From positions 1-64,000 of the IMG/VR virus record IMGVR_UViG_3300018080_000167: a stretch of 64,000 nt of DNA. One strand, 5' to 3'. Source of the stretch: a virus. A model generated the notes under the pieces. That model was not told the origin of the DNA and searched no databases. It worked only from the letters and a program-made list of their open reading frames with translations. Made by a program: the position numbers and the translations under genes. Positions 1 to 9,376 of this stretch are shown here, one piece after another (position 1 is the first letter of the stretch; every line of letters starts with the position of its first letter).

Positions 1-207
1 ATCTTTTTCTGTGTAGTCTTCTGGTAGTTGCTCCCAAACTTCAAGAAGCACTTGTCCAGTTCTCGCAAGAAAACTTTCTGTTTTGTCTTTATGAAAATGT
101 ATGCTGCAACATTTGCCTTGTTCAACAAATAGTAATTTTACACAATAATTTTCATCATTTTTATAAATTAATTCTTTTCCCCAAACTTTTTTTACAATAT
201 CAGGCAT
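1..207 (-). CDS. cupin-fold protein (mannose-6-P isomerase-like), 3' end outside window
   Basis: Manual translation MPDIVKKVWGKELIYKNDENYCVKLLFVEQGKCCSIHFHKDKTESF; KxWG and SxHFHxxKxE cupin motifs; AGGAGG RBS. Confidence 0.7.
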   Translation of the reverse strand, partial: MPDIVKKVWGKELIYKNDENYCVKLLFVEQGKCCSIHFHKDKTESFLARTGQVLLEVWEQLPEDYTEKD

Positions 208-460
208 AATGCCTCCTATTTCCAATTTTTATATTTTTTGCGCATCGGTTCAAAAACAAAAGAATCATCTATATCATATTTATTGACGCTCATTTCTTCC
301 ACTATTGAATCAACAATCCCCTTTGTTTTAAATACACCAGATGCCTTGGCAAAGGTTTCTACAATCCTTTTAAATTCTTCGTCTGTCATTAAATTTCAGC
401 GACTGATAATGCCGCCCTCCTTTTGTTAGATGTTAAAATAATGATGTTTACTCATATATA

Positions 461-470
461 ATATCTACTA
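461..470 (-). promoter_or_regulatory. class II phage promoter motif TAGTAGATAT (lacks the TTGRA upstream box)
   Basis: One of 8 intergenic copies, oriented toward downstream genes. Confidence 0.55.
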
Positions 471-494
471 ATTGGCAAAAAATTTTATTATTTT

Positions 495-1208
495 TTACCA
501 ATTTGGAAATAGTCCTTCAAGACGCGCCATTATATCTATGTCTTCTTGAGAAACATGCCTCCAACATCTCTTCACCTTATTGTCATGGTCTGTCTTGAGT
601 CCATTCCATAAATTAAACTTTGCTCTTTTTATCAAATTAAAATTATTAAATACTATATCTTTTGTTTGTAAAATCTTTGTTTTATCTCGTTGAGCCTCTA
701 AATTATTTTTACTTTCAAATTCCCATATTGTAAAACCCCTTTTCAAGTATTTCATCAAGAATTTTCGTTTCCAAATTGAAGGTTTGGTTGTCATTCGGAA
801 TGCTGCATGTTGTGGATATAAATCAAAATTTTTGTCAAAATTGCTACAAATTGTTTTGTGCTGTCCAACAATAATTTTACCAATGTTATCTTGAGATATT
901 TTTTCTAAACATAAATTGATTTTTTCTATATCAACATCTCCAACAGGAAGTAGGTCATCCAATAAAAGCAATACATATTCATCCTCGATGTCGGCTAAAT
1001 ACTTCTTAATAGGGTCTGTCCATATACGACCATCGTTAAAGTCTGACTGCGGACCTACAGAAACCGATTTAAAATTTGAAGGCAATTCTTTTGGTTCTTT
1101 AAAACACAGAACATCTACAGATTGCCCTGGATAATGCTTATTAAAAAGTTCAGCATAAATATTCAAAAGCGGCAAATATTTATCACAAACTTTTAATACA
1201 ATTCTCAT
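495..1208 (-). CDS. putative glycosyltransferase-like protein
   Basis: EYVLLLLDD acidic motif, PSIWKR; located in glycan cluster. Confidence 0.45.
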   Translation of the reverse strand: MRIVLKVCDKYLPLLNIYAELFNKHYPGQSVDVLCFKEPKELPSNFKSVSVGPQSDFNDGRIWTDPIKKYLADIEDEYVLLLLDDLLPVGDVDIEKINLCLEKISQDNIGKIIVGQHKTICSNFDKNFDLYPQHAAFRMTTKPSIWKRKFLMKYLKRGFTIWEFESKNNLEAQRDKTKILQTKDIVFNNFNLIKRAKFNLWNGLKTDHDNKVKRCWRHVSQEDIDIMARLEGLFPNW

Positions 1209-2257
1209 AACATTTTCTCCTTTTTTACCATTTTTACCAAAAGATCAAACAAACTTGTTTTAATATCCCATTCTGGATAATGCAATTTAAACTTAGACAA
1301 ATTTGTTATATACCAAATATGATCGCCTATTCTGTTGTCTTCTAAAATATCATAGTTTTTCCAATTACTTCCATTTATTCTATTTATTGTATCAATGGCT
1401 TCTAAAATAGATGTTGAGTTGTCTCTTCCACCGCCAGCATTATACACCTCTCCACATCTTGGATTTTGTATAAAATGCCAAAACATATTTATTAGATCAG
1501 CGCTATAAATATTATCTCGCACCTGCTTGCCTTTATAGCCGAAAATATTGTAATGTTTGTTGTGTACAATACATTTCACCAGATACGACAAAAAGCCGTG
1601 AAGCTCTGTTCCTGCGTGATTTTCGCCCGTTAAACAGCCGCCCCTAAAGATAGCTGTTTGCATTCCAAAATATTTTCCATATTCTTGCACCATTATATCT
1701 GCGGCAACTTTAGATGCGCCAAAAATAGAATGTTCTGACTGATCTATACTCATAGTTTCATTTATAGTATACAGATTGTTGTTAAAGTCATAAACTTCAT
1801 AACGCATATCTTCTTCAACTAACCCTGGTAAATAATTAGGCATATCGCCATATACTTTATTACTGCTTGTAAAAACGAATACAGCGTCATTACAATGTAA
1901 TCTTGTAAGCTCCAAAAGATTAAATGTTCCAACAGCATTAATGTGAAAGTCAGTCAAAGGCTCTTTAGCTGCCCAGTCATGAGATGGTTGTGCAGCAGTA
2001 TGTATTATAATATCAAAAGGGTGTTTATTAAATATTTGCTCCAAAGCCTTGTAGTTTCTTATGTCGCAATTGTAGTGTTCATATTGTGACAAACATTTAA
2101 GTGAGTCTGCAGTCTTTTTTGTAGATGCATTTTTGCCAAAAAAGTATTGTCGCATATTGTTGTCAATACCATAGACGCTATAATTTTTGTTAATAAAAAA
2201 TCTTACTGCTTCTGATCCTATCAGTCCTGCAGAACCAGTTACCAATACATTCGCCAT
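1205..2257 (-). CDS. NAD-dependent sugar-nucleotide epimerase/dehydratase (CDP-paratose 2-epimerase-like)
   Basis: VLVTGSAGLIG Rossmann motif, HTAAQPSHD, FTSSNKVYG, FGASK, GKQVRDNI. Confidence 0.9.
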   Translation of the reverse strand: MANVLVTGSAGLIGSEAVRFFINKNYSVYGIDNNMRQYFFGKNASTKKTADSLKCLSQYEHYNCDIRNYKALEQIFNKHPFDIIIHTAAQPSHDWAAKEPLTDFHINAVGTFNLLELTRLHCNDAVFVFTSSNKVYGDMPNYLPGLVEEDMRYEVYDFNNNLYTINETMSIDQSEHSIFGASKVAADIMVQEYGKYFGMQTAIFRGGCLTGENHAGTELHGFLSYLVKCIVHNKHYNIFGYKGKQVRDNIYSADLINMFWHFIQNPRCGEVYNAGGGRDNSTSILEAIDTINRINGSNWKNYDILEDNRIGDHIWYITNLSKFKLHYPEWDIKTSLFDLLVKMVKKEKML

Positions 2258-2287
2258 TACCCCCCCTTTTTTTTATTTTTACCTCTA

Positions 2288-2863
2288 TTAAAATTGATAA
2301 TTAAAATTTTCAATATCTTCTTGATAAAAATCTTCAATTAATTTTATAGCCTTTTCATCTCCTTTGTAAAATTTTTTATAACATTTATTTTTTCTTTTTT
2401 TGCTTTTGTTCTTTTCTGGTAATTTTTTATATTTTATTCCTAATTTTTTACACAATAATTTCCAATCTTTATCTAATGTTTCAAATTTGCATATAAAATC
2501 AACTTCTATTTTTTCTTTATTGTTTTTTAGCCAGTTACTACAAGTGTCAAATGACCAATTTAGTCCCTTATTTTCTCCAAAGATTATTTTTATCCAGTCT
2601 GTAAAATTATATTTATTAGAATAAATAAATTTTTTCCCCTGTCTTTTTTTATGGAAATATAATGATAAAACCCTATCAAATGGATTTCTTACAATTGACC
2701 AAATAAAAAAATTATTAAATTTTTCCTGCCCATTTTTTTTAATATAATATTTAAGATTATGGTTTTTTTCTTTTGTGTTTTGTTTATTAAAAAAATGATG
2801 TACTGAAGTTCCGGCTGTTTTAGTAATGTGTATGAATATAAAATTATTATTTTCACAAATCAT
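2288..2863 (-). CDS. sulfotransferase family 2 protein
   Basis: FIHITKTAGTSV (5'-PSB) and VRNPFDRVLSLY (3'-PB) motifs. Confidence 0.85.
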   Translation of the reverse strand: MICENNNFIFIHITKTAGTSVHHFFNKQNTKEKNHNLKYYIKKNGQEKFNNFFIWSIVRNPFDRVLSLYFHKKRQGKKFIYSNKYNFTDWIKIIFGENKGLNWSFDTCSNWLKNNKEKIEVDFICKFETLDKDWKLLCKKLGIKYKKLPEKNKSKKRKNKCYKKFYKGDEKAIKLIEDFYQEDIENFNYQF

Positions 2864-3357
2864 TTTTTTGCCACCATAATATCTTTTTTCTTTGAGCTTT
2901 TCCCACCACCATTCTCATAATAGATTTTATAATCACTACATATTTGTAATAATTTCTTTTTTACTTTTTTCTTTTTGACTTTATAGCTATTGAACAACGA
3001 CACATCATCTATTAAAATACATGGCGTTTCTTTTACGTTCGATATAATGATATCTAATTCTTCAAGAATTGGACTCCAAGAATTTGTATGTGCATCGAGC
3101 CAAAATGTTATTGGCCCATTAATATTTTTAACAACATTTTTTAAAAACTCTCTAGAGTCATTTGTGTAAAAATGTATTTTGTCAATATCATTCAGTCTTT
3201 CCTTGCATATTGGTATTCTTTCTTCGTCTACTTCTGTTGTCCAAATTTCTTCAAAGCCAACACTTAATGCATTTAACGATGTGTTGCCAGTTGCCGTTCC
3301 GGTTTCTACAAAATTTTTATTTATATATTTTTTTAAAGTCTCTATTTTAATTGGCAT
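2860..3357 (-). CDS. SAM-dependent methyltransferase
   Basis: FVETGTATG and FWLDAH ... ILIDD motifs. Confidence 0.7.
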   Translation of the reverse strand: MPIKIETLKKYINKNFVETGTATGNTSLNALSVGFEEIWTTEVDEERIPICKERLNDIDKIHFYTNDSREFLKNVVKNINGPITFWLDAHTNSWSPILEELDIIISNVKETPCILIDDVSLFNSYKVKKKKVKKKLLQICSDYKIYYENGGGKSSKKKDIMVAKK

Positions 3358-4180
3358 TCTCTTTAGTCCATTCTTCTACTATCGCCTCTTTAATTTTATA
3401 CTGTTGTTTTATCGCCCATTTTTTTCTGTTAATATATCTATATTTTTTAAAATTACTTTTTTCAAGAATATTTTCTACTATGTGATTTTTCAATCCTTTT
3501 TCCTTAAGTTTTAATTGTATAAATGGCAGCCTTCTATAATGTACCAATAAGCCATAAAAATAATGGTCTAACAATTTTTCAAAGACATCAAAAAGATAAA
3601 ATAACTCTCCTTTTATAAAAAATGAATCCTGATATGAACATAATAATTTATAACCTTTACTTTCGAAAATCTCATTTATAACAGAAAGCGACTGCTGTAT
3701 ATTATTTGATGCAATATCTGCCGATACCCTTGGATGAAACGGTGGCAGCATCTGTCCACCCTCTATGCATACCACTGTCGGTAAATATTTTTCAATAGAT
3801 TCAAAAATTTCTACATCTAAACCGTCTACATCAATTGAACAAAAATTTATATGTTGTCTTCTTATAAATCTATCACATATGTTATCAAAATGATTTTCAC
3901 TGTTTTTGTCGCTGTTTATAAAAGCATTTGCAATAACAATTCTTTTCTGGTCTTTATAATTATTTTTTAATTGTTTGAATCTTTTTTCATTGCCCTCTAT
4001 AAAAAATCCGTCCCATCCTTCATCGAATAACTTGCGACAATTTGACCCACGTATTCCATCAATGGCTCCAAATTCAACAAAAAAACCCCTCCAAATTTTT
4101 AATACTTGCATAATTTTTTCTATAATGCCATCATTTCCAGTAAAGCTATATTTATCTTTTCTATAGTCTAATAAGTTCAT
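3347..4180 (-). CDS. FkbM-like methyltransferase
   Basis: DGIIEKI, FFVEFGAIDG.SNCR, SIDVDG; start taken at MNLLDY (ATGA overlap). Confidence 0.75.
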   Translation of the reverse strand: MNLLDYRKDKYSFTGNDGIIEKIMQVLKIWRGFFVEFGAIDGIRGSNCRKLFDEGWDGFFIEGNEKRFKQLKNNYKDQKRIVIANAFINSDKNSENHFDNICDRFIRRQHINFCSIDVDGLDVEIFESIEKYLPTVVCIEGGQMLPPFHPRVSADIASNNIQQSLSVINEIFESKGYKLLCSYQDSFFIKGELFYLFDVFEKLLDHYFYGLLVHYRRLPFIQLKLKEKGLKNHIVENILEKSNFKKYRYINRKKWAIKQQYKIKEAIVEEWTKENAN

Positions 4181-4878
4181 GATAATCGTCCCTTTGTTCT
4201 GTTGCGCGAACCGCTTGTGTCTGCATTCCAAAACGGTTGATTTTCTAAAATATAAATATCACATATGTTATGAAAATTTTTTGCCCTTGGAATTTCAGCT
4301 TTCTTGGCTACATTGTTGGGATCAAAATCTTTCCACAAATGATGTAACAACTTTGTTCTTGTAAAATTTGGATAATCGCAATAATTTCTACTGCTCAAAG
4401 TAAATTGTTCTTTGCCAATATTGATCGTATCAAAATCTTTTGTTTTTTTGCCATTAATATATGATCGTGTTCCAACAAATCTTTTATTTGTGCCTTTAAG
4501 CCCCTTGTTTCGCATTGTTTGTATGTGTCCAGCATTCCCATATTGTTGAAAAAATGCTTCTATTGACGCCATATCTATTGTTCTATCAAGAAAAAAATCG
4601 TTTTGAACATACAATAGAATATCACCGCTTTTCTCCGCGCTCTCAGTTATTTTCTTGAGGGTAATTGATATCCCTTTTCTTTCTTTATTTTTTATAAATT
4701 GATCAACAAAGTCCAATGAATTTATATATTCATCAACCCTTTTATCTTTAGATGCGTCGTCCCCTATTATAAAATACGCATCCATTAATTCAGGATTATA
4801 TTTTACTATGCTATCGACACACTTTTTAAGGAAAGAAAGTCTTTCACATGTTTGAATACCAACAACAAATTTCATCAT
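4177..4878 (-). CDS. glycosyltransferase family 2-like protein
   Basis: IQTCER..LKKCVDSI, IIGDDASKD, LYVQND. Confidence 0.75.
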   Translation of the reverse strand: MMKFVVGIQTCERLSFLKKCVDSIVKYNPELMDAYFIIGDDASKDKRVDEYINSLDFVDQFIKNKERKGISITLKKITESAEKSGDILLYVQNDFFLDRTIDMASIEAFFQQYGNAGHIQTMRNKGLKGTNKRFVGTRSYINGKKTKDFDTINIGKEQFTLSSRNYCDYPNFTRTKLLHHLWKDFDPNNVAKKAEIPRAKNFHNICDIYILENQPFWNADTSGSRNRTKGRLS

Positions 4879-5480
4879 ATCACCCCAATCATTTTTAACC
4901 AATGTGCAATTCTTATTTGGTGTGTTTTTCCCCTCATTGCTTGAGATTGTGTTAAATAATTATCTTTATTAAATTTATTAAGCTTATCTTTTAAATATTT
5001 TTTTAAATGCTTCTTGCCATCTATTTTTCTAACATCAAAATCTATCATCAAATGATTTATTTTATCATACTCACAACTATTTAATAAATCATCTACTATA
5101 TCAATCTCTGCACCTTCGGCATTAATTTTCATTATAACATAGTCATCATTTGAAATATTTTCTTGAAACCAATCTGTTGCTCTTACAAACTCACATTCAA
5201 TATCTCCATTTGGTTTTTTACGTTTTCCATTATATTTTTCTTTAAAAAGCGTTCCACCAACATGTCCAGCATTATAAATGATAGAACGGCAGCTTCTATC
5301 CCATAGCCCAAATGCATTGATTACAAGTTTGTCATCGTTATATTGTTCTTTTATAATATCACAATTAGACACAACTGGTTCAAATGTGTGTATAATATCA
5401 AAGTGATATTTTTCTTTCAACACCTCTTCCACTGTTTCACCGTGATGTCCACCAACATCTAAAAATATTTTCATCATCAA
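4875..5480 (-). CDS. FkbM family methyltransferase
   Basis: FLDVGGHHG, FEP, MKINAEGAE. Confidence 0.85.
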   Translation of the reverse strand: MMMKIFLDVGGHHGETVEEVLKEKYHFDIIHTFEPVVSNCDIIKEQYNDDKLVINAFGLWDRSCRSIIYNAGHVGGTLFKEKYNGKRKKPNGDIECEFVRATDWFQENISNDDYVIMKINAEGAEIDIVDDLLNSCEYDKINHLMIDFDVRKIDGKKHLKKYLKDKLNKFNKDNYLTQSQAMRGKTHQIRIAHWLKMIGVI

Positions 5481-6271
5481 GCCTTTCTTATGTCTTTAAT
5501 ATTCCTTAATGGATGATTATCTAAAATTTCTGGATGTTCTCCATCGAATTTTTTCAAAGAAAATTTACCAAGATAAAAATTATATGTAGCTTCTTCTAAT
5601 GGAATTTTTTCCCAATTATTATTAAACCATCTTTCCATCCCTGGTACAAATCCACTTGTTTTGTGTCTTATGCGCATCCTTTCGGTGGGTTTAACCCACT
5701 TTAGATGGTGAAAATATGTATCTTCATTCAAAATAATATGATTTTTTCCTACATTTTTAGCATTGTGTGTAGGTTTAAAATACATGTCTGGATTAACTTT
5801 AAAAATAAAAGCACGCTTCTTAGGATTGCTATGTATAATTAATTGCCAATCAAAAGAAAAGGCAAATTCTTTCCCGAAAAATTTAATTAAGTCTGGCTTA
5901 TCATTATCCATTATATCTATCATTTTTTCTATCGCTGAGTGGAACCAAATTTCGTCCACATCTAATGGGATGAGGTAATCTCCAGCAGAACAATAGCTTA
6001 AAGCGCGATTAAAATTTTCGCATTGATTTTTTCTGTAGTTATTATGTTTTCTTGTCGTATATTCTAATTTAATTCTATTAGGAAATTCTTTTGTCTTATC
6101 TGAAATGACATCAAGCGTCTCGTCCGTAGAACGTTCAGGTATTTCTTGGTGTGCTGCAAATTGTGAGCCTTCACAAATATATATCAAATCACAAAATTTT
6201 AATGCATTATCAATTTGATATCCTACCCAATCCTTTTCATTATATGCTTGTATAAAACCTATTTTTTTCAT
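5477..6271 (-). CDS. glycosyltransferase family 2-like protein
   Basis: QAYNE, STDETL, LDVDE DxD motif. Confidence 0.75.
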   Translation of the reverse strand: MKKIGFIQAYNEKDWVGYQIDNALKFCDLIYICEGSQFAAHQEIPERSTDETLDVISDKTKEFPNRIKLEYTTRKHNNYRKNQCENFNRALSYCSAGDYLIPLDVDEIWFHSAIEKMIDIMDNDKPDLIKFFGKEFAFSFDWQLIIHSNPKKRAFIFKVNPDMYFKPTHNAKNVGKNHIILNEDTYFHHLKWVKPTERMRIRHKTSGFVPGMERWFNNNWEKIPLEEATYNFYLGKFSLKKFDGEHPEILDNHPLRNIKDIRKA

Positions 6272-6906
6272 TTCCACCCCATATATGCATTGCCATTTTT
6301 GCTTAATATATATTCTGCACGATCGCCACACAGCTCTCTTATATGCTTTGACAGTGTGAATGTGCTTTTGAATTTCTGCTTATTGCCATTTTTGATCATT
6401 TTGTCATCTGGGATGTTTCCAGTAAAGTCGAAGATAGTTGTCCTTATCGCACCATGTTCCGTGGGTTTTTCTCCCCTGATCTTCTGGCATTTATAACACA
6501 ACACATTAAGGAAATCATCAGATAGTTGACAATAGTCGAAATATAGTCCGTGACTTGCTATAATTTTTTGTCCATCCTGTTTTTCTGCTATACAATATCC
6601 AATTTTTTTATTATCAAAAATAAATTTTTCTGGTTTAATAATTATATTTGAATCACTATGTAAATAAAATAATGGCTTTTGAAGGGCTAAAAATCTATCT
6701 CTGAGGAACAATAGTCCAGCTTTAAAGATAAACCTCTTGTGACTAAGCGAACCCCGCACATATTCAAGCGATTTGGCGTACTTTTCTACGTCAAGGTGTT
6801 CTGCTATGACTGGAATTTTAAGCTCTTCACAGCGCTGTACAAGCCTTTTAGCGTGGTGTTTGTGTGAGCTTGTATACCAAGTCCAAAATGTGGGATAATT
6901 ATGCAC
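6268..6906 (-). CDS. putative glycosyltransferase-like protein
   Basis: LFYLHSDS DxD-like motif; cluster context. Confidence 0.4.
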   Translation of the reverse strand: MHNYPTFWTWYTSSHKHHAKRLVQRCEELKIPVIAEHLDVEKYAKSLEYVRGSLSHKRFIFKAGLLFLRDRFLALQKPLFYLHSDSNIIIKPEKFIFDNKKIGYCIAEKQDGQKIIASHGLYFDYCQLSDDFLNVLCYKCQKIRGEKPTEHGAIRTTIFDFTGNIPDDKMIKNGNKQKFKSTFTLSKHIRELCGDRAEYILSKNGNAYMGWK

Positions 6907-7504
6907 GACAAGTGCCCTTTATAACATCGAAATCTTTTTTATATCTTTTATAAATTTTAATAATTGTTGAGTCTTTAACATCTTTTATATTTACAAATTT
7001 TTTACTTCTATTTTCCCAAGGAAATCCGCGAGTAATATCAAATAATTTGCCTATTTCAATAATATTATCTGGCAATTTACTGAATATTAATATTTTGGTT
7101 ACTATTTGTAAGTCATCGTCAAAAAACCACCTGTATTGATTGCCGAGCATATAATTAGATATTAATTTTCCTTTATACTCATCTATTTGATCAACAAATT
7201 CATCAAATGTAGTGTTTTTTAGCGCCCTCTGAACATTTTTGTCGTGCTGAATGCCAACGCCGCCGCCTTTATAGTGATTAAAAACCGACATTAAACGATC
7301 AATAGGGTTTCTAATGACGCCAAACGAAAAATAGTCGCTATATTTGCCAGCAGCAAGCTGATTTCTGATGCGCCAGTCCTTTTCGTGCGGATTTCCAACC
7401 GTTTTTCCAGTAAGAAAAATCTCAACGCTTTTTCCTGCGTTTTTTGGAATGTGTAGAAAAATTAATTTTTTATCTTTTAAAATCACAATTAAAAACCTTC
7501 TCAT
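6899..7504 (-). CDS. sulfotransferase family 2 protein
   Basis: FLHIPKNAGKSV and IRNPIDRLMS motifs. Confidence 0.85.
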   Translation of the reverse strand: MRRFLIVILKDKKLIFLHIPKNAGKSVEIFLTGKTVGNPHEKDWRIRNQLAAGKYSDYFSFGVIRNPIDRLMSVFNHYKGGGVGIQHDKNVQRALKNTTFDEFVDQIDEYKGKLISNYMLGNQYRWFFDDDLQIVTKILIFSKLPDNIIEIGKLFDITRGFPWENRSKKFVNIKDVKDSTIIKIYKRYKKDFDVIKGTCRA

Positions 7505-8153
7505 TAAGATGTTTCAAGTCATTTGTACAATAACTATTAAATATGCTATTATTATTATACGCTTTCCATCTTTCAAGAACTTTCATATCTTGAGCGCGCC
7601 CTTGATACTTCATTTGATCAAAAGAACTGCCATTGGCATTTTTTGGTATAAAATTTATGCCCTCATCTGTGAAAGGAATATCAAAATTATCGCATATCCA
7701 CATACGATATGCTTTATCTTTAAACCACTTGTCAAATAAAATATATTGCTTTTTTCCATTCAGTATTTCGCAAGCATATTCAAACCAAGCATTTGTAGAT
7801 TCAGCCAACCTTTGTTTGAGCGATCTTTTTTCTGTTGATCTTATTAATGATGCAATTGTATTTCTAACGTCTCTTAAAACAATAATTGATTCTGCTTCAA
7901 TATGGTTTTCTACCATATTAATATCATCTATTTTAGCATCTTCAAAGCTATAAATTATTTTTTTACTATCTGAGCCAGCATATTTGGTTTTCTTAACTCC
8001 GCCAAAATAATGAATTTCTCCATCTACTAATTTATATGGGTCAACATCATTGTGATGTATCACAGTTTCCTTCATCTGTTTTGCAAACCAAGAAAGAACT
8101 GCATGGTGCCCGCTTCTTTTTGTCGCTACAAACAATATTTTTTTGCCAAGCAT
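7470..8153 (-). CDS. sulfotransferase-like protein
   Basis: KRSGHHAV P-loop-like PSB motif and IVLRDVRNTIAS. Confidence 0.6.
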   Translation of the reverse strand: MLGKKILFVATKRSGHHAVLSWFAKQMKETVIHHNDVDPYKLVDGEIHYFGGVKKTKYAGSDSKKIIYSFEDAKIDDINMVENHIEAESIIVLRDVRNTIASLIRSTEKRSLKQRLAESTNAWFEYACEILNGKKQYILFDKWFKDKAYRMWICDNFDIPFTDEGINFIPKNANGSSFDQMKYQGRAQDMKVLERWKAYNNNSIFNSYCTNDLKHLNEKVFNCDFKR

Positions 8154-8315
8154 TTAAACTTCTTCCAAAAGCTTATTAAATTGTTTACCACATTCACACT
8201 GCAACTGCATTTTTTTACGTGGCATTACCATAACATAATTTAGTTCTTTACCGCATGAAGGGCACTTTAGTTTTGAATGTTTTTCTTTTTTAATCTTTCC
8301 TACTTTGCGTGCCAT
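8154..8315 (-). CDS. small Zn-ribbon protein (53 aa, not in ORF track)
   Basis: MARKVGKIKKEKHSKLKCPSCG...QCECG; AGGAG RBS. Confidence 0.6.
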   Translation of the reverse strand: MARKVGKIKKEKHSKLKCPSCGKELNYVMVMPRKKMQLQCECGKQFNKLLEEV

Positions 8316-8335
8316 TATTATCTCCTTTGCTATAA

Positions 8336-8902
8336 TTATTTTTTACCAATAACTTCCATAACAATTTGTAAATCTTCCCAACACTCCTTTTTCTTTGCAG
8401 GATTGCGCAACAAATATGCAGGATGAAATGTTGGAATTACTACAATTGATTGTTCGCTATAGAACGAATCTATCTCGAATATTTTCCCATGTTCTTTTGT
8501 GATACCCTTAATAGACTTATCACCAATAATTTCTTTCATCGCAAAATTACCAAGTGTGATAATAGCTGTAGGATTAATCAATCTTATTTGTTCAGCCAAA
8601 AAATGTTTACACTTACCAATTTCAAATTGAGTTGGGTTTCTGTTTTCTGGGGGGCGACACTTGAGTATATTCGCAATATATACTTCGTCTCTATTAAAGC
8701 CCATTGCTGCTATCATTTTCGTCAAAAGCGCCCCAGAGCGCCCACAAAAAGGTTTGCCAGTCAAGTCTTCGTTGGCCCCAGGGGCTTCGCCAACCCACAA
8801 TAAATCTGCATTGACATTGCCTTCGCCAATTACAACATTCTTTCTTGTTTGATACAAAAGGCATTCTTTACAATTGTTGATTTTTTGTATTATATTATCC
8901 AT
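8336..8902 (-). CDS. uracil-DNA glycosylase family 4
   Basis: CKECLL, VGEAPG, KCRPPENR, TFHPAYLLR. Confidence 0.95.
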   Translation of the reverse strand: MDNIIQKINNCKECLLYQTRKNVVIGEGNVNADLLWVGEAPGANEDLTGKPFCGRSGALLTKMIAAMGFNRDEVYIANILKCRPPENRNPTQFEIGKCKHFLAEQIRLINPTAIITLGNFAMKEIIGDKSIKGITKEHGKIFEIDSFYSEQSIVVIPTFHPAYLLRNPAKKKECWEDLQIVMEVIGKK

Positions 8903-9107
8903 CTAACAACTGAACCAATTCATCAAGGTTTTTATAAAAAATATCTTTGACATCATCTTTATCCATATGATAATGTCCATTTTCTTCTATGAGGCGCTCA
9001 ATAAAATTTTCTACAATAAGCTTTTTTTCATAGTGTTTGGCAGCTCTCTCGTCTATAAATAGCTCGCCATCACTTGTCTGATACGCAGAAACATTATTTA
9101 TTGCCAT
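8895..9107 (-). CDS. hypothetical protein, paralogue of 9116..9376
   Basis: YQTSDGELF..E..AK motif shared with neighbour. Confidence 0.6.
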   Translation of the reverse strand: MAINNVSAYQTSDGELFIDERAAKHYEKKLIVENFIERLIEENGHYHMDKDDVKDIFYKNLDELVQLLDG

Positions 9108-9115
9108 AATAACCT

Positions 9116-9376
9116 CTATACATCATTATTTTCTACAAAATCGACTATTTCACCAAAATGATCAAATAATGCATTAACAACATCTGTTTTGTCCATCCTA
9201 TCAAACAAATACCTCTCTACAAAGTCATCAAGAAATATATGTAAATCTAATTCTGCTTGATGATCTTTGGCTTCTTGCTCATCTTTAAATAATTCTCCGT
9301 CTGTAGTTTCAAAAACTTCTACTTGTTTAATATTTACTTTTATTTTACCCATCGGTTTTAATTTTCCCATCTTCAA
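9116..9376 (-). CDS. hypothetical protein, paralogue of 8895..9107
   Basis: FETTDGELF..E..AK motif. Confidence 0.6.
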   Translation of the reverse strand: MKMGKLKPMGKIKVNIKQVEVFETTDGELFKDEQEAKDHQAELDLHIFLDDFVERYLFDRMDKTDVVNALFDHFGEIVDFVENNDV

